A DNA stretch of 64,000 bases, taken from NCBI RefSeq assembly GCF_006345805.1, contig NC_043024.1, positions 16,616,001 to 16,680,000 of the forward strand, written 5' to 3'. Source of the stretch: Octopus sinensis. Taxonomy: Eukaryota. The notes under the pieces were generated by a model. That model saw only the letters and a program-made list of their open reading frames with translations. It was not told the DNA's origin and made no database searches. The stretch's first letter is position 1; every line of letters starts with the position of its first letter. The position numbers were made by a program, and so were the translations under genes. This document shows, in pieces, positions 52,835 through 64,000 of this stretch.

Positions 52835-53544
52835 ACACACACATACAGATATCTGTATGTATGTGCATATATACCCATATATAAATATCTGTATGTATGT
52901 ATATGAACTGCTTTGTAATTATGTTTCTTCATATTGGTCTTTCTTTATATTACATGTTTCCAGGCAGCTGGCAGAAAGAGTTCTTTAGAGACAACTAAAC
53001 ACATGTAACAAGTTTGATACATACACACACATACAGGGATATTACACACACACACAAAGATGCTATGCGTGCACACACACACATATGTCTAAAAGGTAGA
53101 TAGATAGATTGATGGGCAGATACATAGAGAAATTTATAAAGATGAACATAGATGGCTGGATAAAAGAGATAAGAGAGACAGGCAGACTGTTAGAGAGAGT
53201 GTGGGAGAACCCTCTTGTTGCATTGAATGATGTAACAAATATAAAACGTCTATAAATAATGGGACGGCTGAATGGTTTTGGTCGAGATACACAGTTAGAT
53301 TAAGGACTTGTTTGCTTTGTTCTTTGTTTCTTTTTTCTTCCTCTTTCTCTGTGATTTGACATAGTTGTGATATTTATTTTCATGTTGTTTACATTCAAAA
53401 GAATGTCGAAACGTTCAGGAAATCGGTAAGCATAAATAGATGTTAACAGTTGCCGTTTCTAAGTGTTACAATTCTAATCAAACAGTTTCTCCCTCACATC
53501 CCTTCTCTCTCTCTGTTTCCCTCTCTTGCTCCCTCTATGTATGT

Positions 53545-53563
53545 CTGTGTGTGTGTCTGTCTG

Positions 53564-53609
<46 letters not shown>

Positions 53610-53835
53610 CATGTATATGTGTATGTATACATGTATATGTGTATGTATACATGTATATGTGTATGTATACATGTATATGTGTATGTATACATGTATATGT
53701 GTATGTATACATGTATATGTGTATGTATACATGTATATGTGTATGTATACATGTATATGTGTATGTATACATGTATATATATGTGTATACATGTATATAT
53801 ATGTGTATACATGTATACATATGTGTGTAAATATG

Positions 53836-53866
<31 letters not shown>

Positions 53867-54833
53867 TTATATGTGTATATATATGTGTGTGTGTGTATAT
53901 ATATATATGTATGTATGTATATATATGTGTGTGTGTATATATGTGTATATATATATATGTATGTATGTATATATATGTGTGTGTGTATATATGTGTATAT
54001 ATATATGTATGTATGTATATATATATGTGTGTGTGTATATATGTGTATATATATATGTATATATATGCATGTATGTATGTGTATATATATATGCATGTAT
54101 GTATGTGTATATATATATGCATGTATGTATGTGTATATATATATGCATGTATGTGTATATATATATGCATGTATGTATGTGTATATATATATGCATGTAT
54201 GTATGTGTATATATATATGCATGTATGTATGTGTATATATATATGCATGTATGTATGTGTATATATATATGCATGTATGTATGTGTATATATATATGCAT
54301 GTATGTATGTGTATATATATATGCATGTATGTATGTGTATATATATGCATGTATGTATATGTGTATATATATGTATGTATGTATATGCATGTGTGTATAT
54401 ATATGCATGTATGTATATGTGTATATATATGTATGTATGTATATGCATGTGTGTATATATATGCATGTATGTATATGTGTATATATATGTATGTATGTAT
54501 ATGCATGTGTGTATATATATGTATGTATATATATGCATGTATGTATATGTGTATATATATGTATGTATATAGATGCATGTATGTATATGTGTATGTGTAT
54601 ATATATATATATGTTTGTATATGCATGCATGTATATATGTGCATATATATATATGTTTGTATATGCATGCATGTATATATGTGCATATATATATATGTGT
54701 GTGTATCTGTATATATGTGTGTATAAATATGTGTATATATGTGTGCGTATATGTTTATATGTATATATGTGTGTGTGTGTATATATATATATGAACATAT
54801 GTATTTACATATATTTATAACACTGTGTCTATT

Positions 54834-54876
<43 letters not shown>

Positions 54877-54913
54877 GTAGTGTGTGCATGTGTGTATATA
54901 TATATATTCTGTG

Positions 54914-54949
<36 letters not shown>

Positions 54950-55000
54950 CATGTGTATGTACATGCATGTGTGTGTGTGTGTGTATTTGTGTGTGTGCAT
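53545..55000. repeat. Compound micro/minisatellite with successive higher-order units
   Basis: 20-bp atacatgtatatgtgtatgt block, then longer units including atatatatatgcatgtatgtatgtgt. Confidence 0.92.
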
Positions 55001-55894
55001 TCTTTATTATATGAGAATACTACAGAGTCAAGAGTTTGAAGGAAATTACTAATCAAATGGATGGTGAAAAAATTTGGAGAAAAAAGAGCAAAGTTTCTCA
55101 GAAAGCATACATTCTGATTTACATAAAAACATACGCTTAAATGCCTCCACACACACGATAAAAGAGAGAAGCATATCTGTTTTGCAAACCTTGCACACTC
55201 ATATATAGATGTGTGTGTGTGTGTGTATGTTGAAAACACTTAGAAGTGCAGACCTGGGAAGAAATATATAAAATAATGTAGGGAAGTTTAGAATAAAGAC
55301 CAAAAACAAATGCTAAAAATTTTAATAAAATATATATATGAAGAATTAGAAAGAATTAGAAAGAAAACTCTGTGTAAGAAAAGACATAATTGAGAGAGAG
55401 AGAAGTGTGCTTATATTAAATCTGGTATTGAAGATATTAAAAAGAATGAGTGTAGAATGGTAATGGTGGTGGAGGTTATTCGAGAACAAGATATGGACGA
55501 GTTAGGTCAGGAAGGAAGAACAGAAATCATCAGATGAAATGTGCAATAAAAATCTGAAATGTTCATCATCAGCGTAACACTTCTGTTGATGTGTGTCTGA
55601 AATTTGTAACACCAATGGATGGATGTACACAATATAGGAGATGTAATAGAAATTCATAGATACATAAATACACACATACATACATACATACACACATACA
55701 TACATACATACATAAATGCAAGCTTACATACATACGTACATTCATACATATATAAATGCATACATACACATTCGCATATATGCTCATATACATATGCATT
55801 CAAGCATGCATGTTGAAATACACACATGCACACACACATATTAATTTAATATACATATCTTGATATTTATCTCTCATTGGATGTATATATGTAT

Positions 55895-56175
55895 ATCGTC
55901 ATCATTTGATGTCCATTGTCCATGCTGGCGTGGATTTGACGGTTTGACTGGGGCTGGTAAGCTGGAAGGCTGTACCAGACTTCAGTATGATTTGGCATGG
56001 ATGCCCTTCCTAGCGCCAACCACTCTGAGAGTGTGAAGGGTGCTTTTACGTGCCACTGACACAGGTGCCATTTGTGTGACACCAGTATCTGCCATGACTG
56101 CAATTTTGCTTGGTTTGATGGGTCTTCTTCTCGTGCATGACATAATGCCAAAGGTCTCGGTCATTGCCTCCATGG
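55895..56175 (-). mobile_element. RTE-type LINE 3' end
   Basis: catcatttgatgtcc...catgctggc...ggatgcccttcctagcgccaaccac, the same tail as at 4415. Confidence 0.65.
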
Positions 56176-56613
56176 GGCCCAACATTCGAAAGGAACTCAG
56201 CCATTTGTACATTTTGGGGTCGATAAATTAAGTACCAGTGAAACACTGGGGTCTACGTAATCGACTTACTCCCTCCCCTAAATTCCTTAGTAGAAAGGAA
56301 TATTTTACTTGTAAAATTTAGTAAATATGTACTCTGATTAAAAGTATTGAGTACTCTTTCAGTTTACTGTTCACTTACTTTTATATTGAGCTGGAAGGAA
56401 AAAAACAAAACAAACATTAAAACGCACATGCACACACACATATATGCATGTTTGCAGGCTGTGCAATTAAGAAGTTTATTTTGAAACTATATAGTATGTG
56501 GGTTTTGGTCTCGTAACATGGGTGCTGTGAGCTGGTGCCCTCTACTATATCTGTAGGCTGACCAATATCTTGTGAATAAAATTGGTTGATGGGAACAGAA
56601 GAAGCCTCTCTCC

Positions 56614-56660
<47 letters not shown>

Positions 56661-57007
56661 TACACACGCACACACACATACATTCATATGTGCAAGTTTG
56701 TGTGAGTAAGTTTGAATTTCCCCTCATCTTCACACGTGTTTGTCGATTGTAAACAAAAGCCTCACCATTCATACAAAGTGTCGTTCACTTGCAGTCCATG
56801 AAAGCTTATCAGGGCTCCTTGACATGTCCCGAACTTGTAGGGATTTGAATTCCAACTGCAAAATTTTCATGAGTAAGTTACAATCAAATCCTATGAATTT
56901 TACGGGAACAACCTAGAAATTGACCAATCAGCTTGAAGCTATGCCAGGAACAGTATCTTGAATATTCTTGAAATTCACATCCTTTTTCCCTAGTTAAGCA
57001 GATTAGT

Positions 57008-57258
57008 GGTGGCTTGTGACTTAGTGATTAGGGTGTTGGACTCATGATTGTAAGATAGTGATTTCAATTCCACAACCTGGCGATGCATTGTATTCTTGAG
57101 CAAAAGACTTCATTTCCTGTTGCTCCAGTCCACTCGCCTAGCAAAAACGAGCAACCCTGTGACTGGCTGGCGTCTCGTCCAGGGAAGAAATTTATACATC
57201 TTGGAAACCAGGAAACTGGCCCTTATGAGCCTGGAATGGCTCAAGAAGGTAACTTTTT
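57008..57258 (+). mobile_element. tRNA SINE (variant family)
   Basis: tgacttagtgattagggtgttggactcatgattgtaagatagtgatttcaattcc head; CORE-like cttgagcaaaagactt. Confidence 0.65.
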
Positions 57259-58111
57259 TTTAGTTAAGCAGACTGGTGCTTAAATTAGAGAAGGGTGATA
57301 TCAGCATTCATGTAAGACAGATTTTTGCCCCCACATAACAGACTAAGGGAAAACAACAGCAATTTCTGGTGGACTCATCCTTTATCTAATAATTCTTGTA
57401 ACAATATGGATTTGATAATTTGTGTATGTGCATGTGCCTAACCTTCTTTTAATAAAATCCATTGTTGAATGTGCGTAAATCTGGTTTTGTTGTATTGTAT
57501 GCAGCTAGCTTTATCTCATATTCAATTAATAAAGCTACATCAATATTTCTCATGACATTGTGACCCTGCAAAAACGGTGAGTCAACAAAGAAAGGCCTAC
57601 ACTGACCAAGCAGTTGGACAAATTCTTTGTAAAAAGGAAAGGCCTACACTGACCAACCAGTGGGAGAAGTTCTTTGTAAACAAAATTCTCCCTACACATA
57701 CAAATGATGTTCACACACATGCACATCCACCTATTAACCCACATCCTGCATGTAATACTATTGTAACTGTACGTCTCTGTACTGTGCTTGTGATTTTGTA
57801 TTGCTATCAGATGATGTTCCACTGTGTTATGTAATTAACCCGTTTCTTTAGTCTTGACCAAAGCTAACCTGCAGCCAAACAATGAGAACAACAAAAGCTG
57901 CAATAGCACCAACAACTACAATAACAACAACAGTTACAAAGTGAAATCTTGGTAAAAAAAAAAGAATTTGGTCTTTTTGCTAAGAATAAAAGAAAATTTA
58001 AAGCAAAGCTTCAGTTTCCTGTGACTTAGAAATGGTGATATGACGATAACATCTTCTAATATGCTGTTGCTGTTGCTGCTGCTGCTACTACTACTACTAC
58101 TACTAGTAATA

Positions 58112-58513
58112 ATAATGGCTTCAAATTTTCCCACAAGAGCAGCCATTTTGGGGAAAGGGGCTAGTTGATTACATCGACCCCAGTGTTTCACTGGTACTTA
58201 ATTTATCAATCCCAAAATGATGAAAGGCAAAGTCAACTTTGGTGGGATTTGAACTCAGAACGTAAAGACTGATGAAATACCTATTTCTTTACTACCCACA
58301 AGGGGCTAAACACAGAGAGGACAAACAAGGACAGACAAATGGATTAAGTCGATTATATTGACCCCAGTGCGTAACTGGTACTTATTTAATCGACCCCAAA
58401 AGGATGAAAGGCAAAGTCGACCTCGGCGGAATTTGAACTCAGAACATACACAGTAGACGAAATACCACTAATCATTTCGCCTGGCGTGCTAATATTTCTG
58501 CTAGCTCACCGCC
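58112..58513 (-). mobile_element. SINE family A with duplicated core
   Basis: Mirror of the structure at 21191. Confidence 0.88.
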
Positions 58514-58559
58514 CATCTTAATACTGATGATAATGATGATGATAATAATAATAATAATA

Positions 58560-58725
58560 TCAAGAAAAAATCCTTAGGAATGAGAACCCAGGTTCAAAAT
58601 TCCCCCAAGACACCTGATAAAGACTGGAGGGTATATCAGCTGAAATGTGTTAACAACAAACAAGATGACAAATATCCGTCAAATGTAAATAATGTACATA
58701 ATTCCTCATCCCTTAAATATAAAAC
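58560..58725 (+). mobile_element. Second pLTR-like repeat with a decayed hammerhead core
   Basis: cac-CTGATAA-agactg-gagggtatat-cagct-GAAA at 58614-58645. Confidence 0.45.
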
Positions 58726-59215
58726 TGTATAATATAGACCCTAGTATTCTTGATTTCTACACTGTGCCTATGACCATCCTTTGAGGTAATTTATCATTGT
58801 TGTTGCATAAGTCATGTATCCTTCCAGTTGTACCAATTACAAATGCATCTAAGGACACATTCTTTCAGTGTCACAATGTTTTTTAATCCAACAGCTGAAC
58901 CCTGTATAATTCCTTGTATCAGGCTCGTTCGACCCACCATTACAGTTGTTTGAGATTGTTATGATGATAATTAGTTCATGATTGTAATTTTTGTCATTAA
59001 AAATAATGTCAAGCTTATGATTTAATCTCCTACTCTGTCTCTGCACCAAAGGCCAACAGTAATGTGTTTGGTTGTTTTTAAAGCTGGGTGGAGATTCTTA
59101 ATGAGAACCACTGAGCTTTTCCTTGAATGATTTGAAATGTGGGGTGACTAAGTAGACACAGAGAAGCTTACTACATTATTTATGTACCACCAAATATATT
59201 TTGTAATTATTGAAG

Positions 59216-59510
59216 GTGTATGGCTCAGTGGTTAGAGTGTCGGGCTCACAATCATGAGGTTGTGCGTTCAGTTCCTGAACTGGGCGCGTGTTATATTCTT
59301 GAGCAAGACACTTTATTTCACGTTGCTCCAGTTCACTTATTTGTAGAAATGAGTTGTGATGTCACTGGTGCCAAGCTGTATCATGGCCTTTGCCTTTTCT
59401 TTGGATAACATTGGTGGTGTAGAGAGGGGAGGCTGGTATGCATGAGTGACTGCTGGTCTTACATAAACAACCGTGTCCGAACTTGTACCTAGGAAGGCAA
59501 CTCCCTAGGA
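59216..59510 (+). mobile_element. tRNA SINE (variant family)
   Basis: tggctcagtggttagagtgtcgggctcacaatcatgaggttgtgcgttcagttcc head. Confidence 0.7.
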
Positions 59511-60089
59511 TACAAAATTTCGTCCCTCTGCCTCAACCTCTCTCTCTTCTCTTCCCATGTGACTGGCATTCGGCCAAGCCTGATCTTTCTTGGCTGTTGT
59601 CTGTGCAACATCGATATTCCTCCCTGTGCCTGTGAAATCTTGTATCCCTGCCGTAAGGCTTTATTTCCACACACACCAGTTTAATTTAATTCGTCCTTAG
59701 TCGAAAGACACCTGTTGTTATGTCTTGTTATTATTTTTATTGTATTTGTGTAAAATAGTCTGTTTTTATTCCGTCCTTGTTTTTGTATACATTCACTGCT
59801 TTCTTCCAAGGAATTTAATGCTCTTAGCTTAGTTTCTCCTTGGAGTTGGCTAGATTGGAGCAATCTTGAGTATAATCAGCCGAAATTGTGAAGATAATCT
59901 GGTACTCAACTGAGGAAAGAAAACTTTGAATGACCCATCCTTGGTTTCTTTGTATCAACTATCTAGATGTTTGTTTGTCATTTTTGTATCACCTAACTGT
60001 TCAGATGTTTTGCACTCTTGTCCCATTTTGTATTTTTTATATATGTATATTTATATATATACACACATACATACATGCATGCATGCATG

Positions 60090-60525
60090 CATGAGGTGTT
60101 GAATAAACTGGTGTCTAAATTATGCAAAAATGAAAATAACACTGATATGTCATTTTAACAGATATATTTACCAAAATTACATAAAAATATCTTGAAATAC
60201 TAAAGAGTAAATTTATTCAATAAAATCACCATTGGCTTCAACCACAGCCTCCAGACGACTGCGGAATCTTCTGCAACTCTTCTGAATATTCTTCTTGTTT
60301 AAGTTGGTGAATGCTGCCAAAATTTTGCCTTCAGTTGATCTTAGGTGTTACAAGGAGTTTTGTTGGACTCTTGCTCAACTGCACCTCACACATAATAATC
60401 AAGGGGGTTGCAGTCTAGGGTGTTAGGTAGCCAGATGTTAGGGGTGAAGTGATTGCAGAAATTGATTGACAGCCATGATTGGGTTCTCCTGCTTTGTGTG
60501 GCATGATGGAGAGTCCTGTTGCCAG
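60090..60525 (-). mobile_element. Tc1/mariner maT-type (DD37D) transposon 3' fragment
   Basis: WQQDSPSCH...SWL..NFCNHFTPNIWLPNTLDCNPLDYYV*GAVE...RLEAVVEANGDFIE*; about 37 residues between the last two Asp. Confidence 0.8.
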
Positions 60526-60911
60526 TTTACCATACATACAAGAAATTTTTTAATTGATGTTTTGTGAAAGTCTCATACTGCTGCCCCAACCTGAATAATC
60601 TTGCTCTCAAGTGACATCTGGCACTGTTGAGACCCAGAAACTTTCCCACTTGACCTGACATGTTTTGTTAGCTCAGTGGTTTATCAAGCTGAAATCACCA
60701 TGATGCTCCAACATAAGGAAGCTTAAAAGGAAAAGTATATTGGTGTATGCAACATGGTTTTAAAGTGAGATATGCTAACAACCAGTTTCCTTTCTCACAC
60801 ATGGATGAGAAGAAAATTACTGAGTTAGACAGATCTGGGACCTGAAGAACCACTACACACCACACACCATCAAGCGGAACACTGTGAAAAGATCCACACC
60901 ATACCTTAATG

Positions 60912-61144
60912 TAGTGATTACCAAACTTTTACAGGCTGCCACCCCTTTGGCACCCAGACCACATTCTTAGAATATCCCCCACCTCACTACTACCACAAAC
61001 ATAGGCTACTTTCTGCAGCAAATTCAAAGCTACTGTATTTCACAAAACTTAAATTAACCCATAATTTTATTGTTTTTATTATCACCCCACTTTCCTTTAA
61101 TACACACCCCCCCCTATCTTTCCTCCCATTTTTGGGAACCAATG
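60912..61144. mobile_element. hAT/Charlie-type MITE
   Basis: Degenerate TIRs tagtgattaccaaa / tttgggaaccaatg; imperfect 8-bp TSD ccttaatg / ctttaata. Confidence 0.55.
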
Positions 61145-61629
61145 CTTTAATAGATCAAAGAGATGCAATCTTTGTTTTTGCCAAAAGATCTTGTATCCTT
61201 TTCTGATATAAGTTTACTGATCTACTAAATTCTGATCTCAAAGTTCTATTAAATGTAAGCATCTGGAAAACTTTCTTTTATCAAACTGAAGAACACCATC
61301 CTCTCCAGATTATGCATTCATTCTCGCAAACTTTGGCCTTCTTCCTGTCGAATAAATCTACATCAATGGGCCAAAGGAAGGCATCACTTAATTTTCTAAA
61401 TTTCCATTTTTTCTTATTCTACTTTTATTTTATCTTCCTCTTATTCTTCTTTGTATTTTCTAAGACCATCATCTTTTGTTTTTGTTTTGAAAAAGCCCAG
61501 CTCATGTCGTATACCTGAGTCCAAAAATCCTCCTTAGAAATACAAGGCATGCCATACAAGGCATGCCCAACAATTGTGTATTCACAGCATGAAACAAATA
61601 GTAGCTCAAAATTAAATACTGTGTATATT

Positions 61630-61805
61630 CTTTTCTACTCTAGGCACAAGGCCTGAACATTTTTTGGGGAGGGGACCTGTTGATTAGATCACAACTGGCT
61701 CTTAGTTTATCGACCCCAAAGGGATGAAAGGCAAAGTCGACCTCGGTGGAATTTGAACCGCTAAGCAATTCGCCCAGCATGCTAACATTTCTGCCAGCTG
61801 ATCAC
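61630..61805 (-). mobile_element. SINE family A
   Basis: Reverse complement of the family A core. Confidence 0.85.
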
Positions 61806-61844
61806 CTTATTACTGTGTATATTAAATGATAAATGTATGTAATA

Positions 61845-61908
<64 letters not shown>

Positions 61909-61929
61909 TGTATTCAAAATGTGACCGCA

Positions 61930-62132
61930 TGTGTATTGTTGGCGATTTTTTTTTTTTTCCTCCGTCTTCCCTTCCTTGGATCTTTCCTTTTCCTATGTTT
62001 CTGACAAAGAGCTCCTCTCAAAACGTTAAACCCTCCTTCTTCCCTTCCTTTCCTGAGCGTCCAATAACACGATACTTGTTCCACGTCCATGCATTGTTGT
62101 GTTTTCTCTTTGTGTTTTCATGTTTGGATTAA
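61930..62132 (+). mobile_element. Copy of the 16480 pLTR-like repeat with a mutated hammerhead core
   Basis: gttt-CTGACAA-a-gagctcctctc-AAAAC-gttaaac at 61997-62032. Confidence 0.75.
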
Positions 62133-62979
62133 CAATATATGTATATATTTATATATATGTGCGTGTGTGTATATATATTATATATGCACGTATGCATGTG
62201 TATGTGTGTATTTATGCATATATTTACATGTACAGATATTGATACCAATAGTGTATATATATGTACCTCCTCATACATATTCATATACATATGCACTAAC
62301 TCATTTACTATATATATATGTTTTGATATTAACACCTGCTATATGTATATGCGTTTGTGTATATACATATGTATGTGTTTATTTATATATATATATATAT
62401 ATATGCACACACAAACACACTTATATAGTTTTCAGTATGTAATTATCAATCTAACGAAGCTAATATATGGCATTAACGTGGTAATTATAGTTACAGCTTT
62501 TATGAGGCCAGAACCTGGTGATGAAAGGGAATCAGAGAGGGGTAGGTGTGCAGGTCGGGGGCTAGATTAACCCTCCAACACTCTTGCATCAGATTGACTA
62601 TAGGCAATGGTATAAGGAGGAGGAGGGGGGGAGGTTTTATCTTTCTTCTTTTGTTGGTTTACTTTAGAAGAAGGGCCTGTGCTGAAGGCCCTTACAGCTC
62701 CTCTAGGAGAACACTAACCACACTGTTTTAAAAAGTAGCAAGCTGAAAGTTACAAGGATAAAAGGGACACGATGTTCAGGAGGGGAATGATTATGGATAG
62801 TGGAGAGTGCTGTGCCTGATGCAAAATAGGGGTAGACATGATGATGGGAGGAGGGGTGCATGTTAAGTGGAAGCAGGAGGTATCTGAGTGTTGGTAGCCC
62901 AACAGTGGCCATCCATCCTGTTCAAGCAGTATGTAGGACTTAGTGAGACAACAGCATTCTTTTATCTTTTTAATTTTTT

Positions 62980-63356
62980 TTTACCTGCATCAGTCATCAG
63001 ACTGTAGCCATGCTGGGGCACCGCCTTGAACAATTTTGATTGGACAAATTGACCCCAGAACTTTTTTAAAAAATCTTTTAAGCTTGGTACTCTTTCTGTC
63101 AGTCAATTTTGCTGAACTGCTAAGTTACAGGGATGTAAACACCAACACCAATTTTCAAGTGGTGGTTGTGAGGAAGAAACATTAACACACACACACACTG
63201 GGTCTTTCAGTTTCTGTCTTCCAAATCCATTCATAAGGCTTTGGTTAGTCTCAGACTATGGTAGGAGCACTTACCTAAGGTGCTATGCAGTGGGACTGAA
63301 CCCTGAATCATGTGGTTGGGAAGCAAGCTTCTTAACTCAGAGCCACTCCTATTCCT
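62980..63356 (-). mobile_element. SINE family B, heavily decayed
   Basis: Reverse complement of family B. Confidence 0.8.
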
Positions 63357-63584
63357 AGCATGTCTGTACTTCAGAGAGTGGAGTGTGACAGTGAGTAACT
63401 TCATGTCTGTCAGTGAAGCCCACCAAATGGCTTATTAGATGAGTTTGTTATTGTGTAATGCACAGGAGATGGAAATTGCTCCATAGCCTTTGTAGAAACT
63501 ATCCTGAAGGAGTTGAATTAACCAGAGACAGTAAGGGGAAATAAACCCACAATGTGTCCCCTTATCCAGAAACTTCCTGGCACC

Positions 63585-63900
63585 CTGTCGGTTATGATGA
63601 TGAGGGTTCCAGTTGTTCCAATCAACGGAACAGCTTGCTCTTGAAATTAACATGCAAATGGCTGAACCCTTCACTGACACATGTACCCTTAATGTAGTTC
63701 TCGGGGAGATTCAGTGTGACACAGAATATGACAAGGCTGGCCCCTTTTGAAATACAGGTACAACTCATTTTCGCCAGCTAAGAGGACTAGAGCAACATGA
63801 GAAAAGGGTCTTCCTCAAGGACACAATGCGTCGCTGGGAATTGAACTCACAACCCTGCAATTGTGAGATTAATACCTTAACCATTAAGCCATGTGCCTTC
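63585..63900 (-). mobile_element. tRNA SINE with family C-type tail
   Basis: Homologous to 48385-48695. Confidence 0.75.
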
Positions 63901-64000
63901 ACCATCCTGGACCTATGTAAACCATTACATCCATTCTTTCTTCCAGAACATTAACCCCTTCCTTCTGGCGCAGGAGTGGCTGTGTGGTTAGTAGCTTGTT

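Noticed and set aside
53440-54820. ORFs of 325-434 aa on both strands
   Set aside because: Same microsatellite artefact.

Overview
AT-rich, repeat-dense animal genomic DNA, most likely an octopus, judged from the tRNA-SINE families and the huge compound microsatellites. I found no recognisable host protein-coding gene, and almost all long ORFs in the track are artefacts of (TA/TG/CA)n repeats. The window holds decayed mobile elements. Non-LTR retrotransposons include three restriction-like-endonuclease clades (R4/Dong, Hero, CRE), Penelope-like relics and RTE 3' tails. DNA transposons include a near-complete DD34D mariner, a DD37D maT fragment and hAT MITEs. There are over 25 tRNA-SINE copies and a ~10-kb TA/TATG microsatellite. 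The most notable observations are: a ~660-bp SINE with a 5S rRNA head, lying among R4 fragments and sharing a 3' tail with one of them; minimal hammerhead ribozyme motifs; several long near-perfect foldbacks (arms of 116, 91, ~85 and 62 bp); a tRNA-like gene in an extended hairpin with an inverted partial copy; an old six-unit ~200-bp head-to-tail array; a 163-bp duplication flanking a SINE; and a CpG-preserved domain (~9-30 kb) between CpG-decayed flanks. All family assignments come from motifs read by eye, not database searches, and repeat boundaries are approximate.
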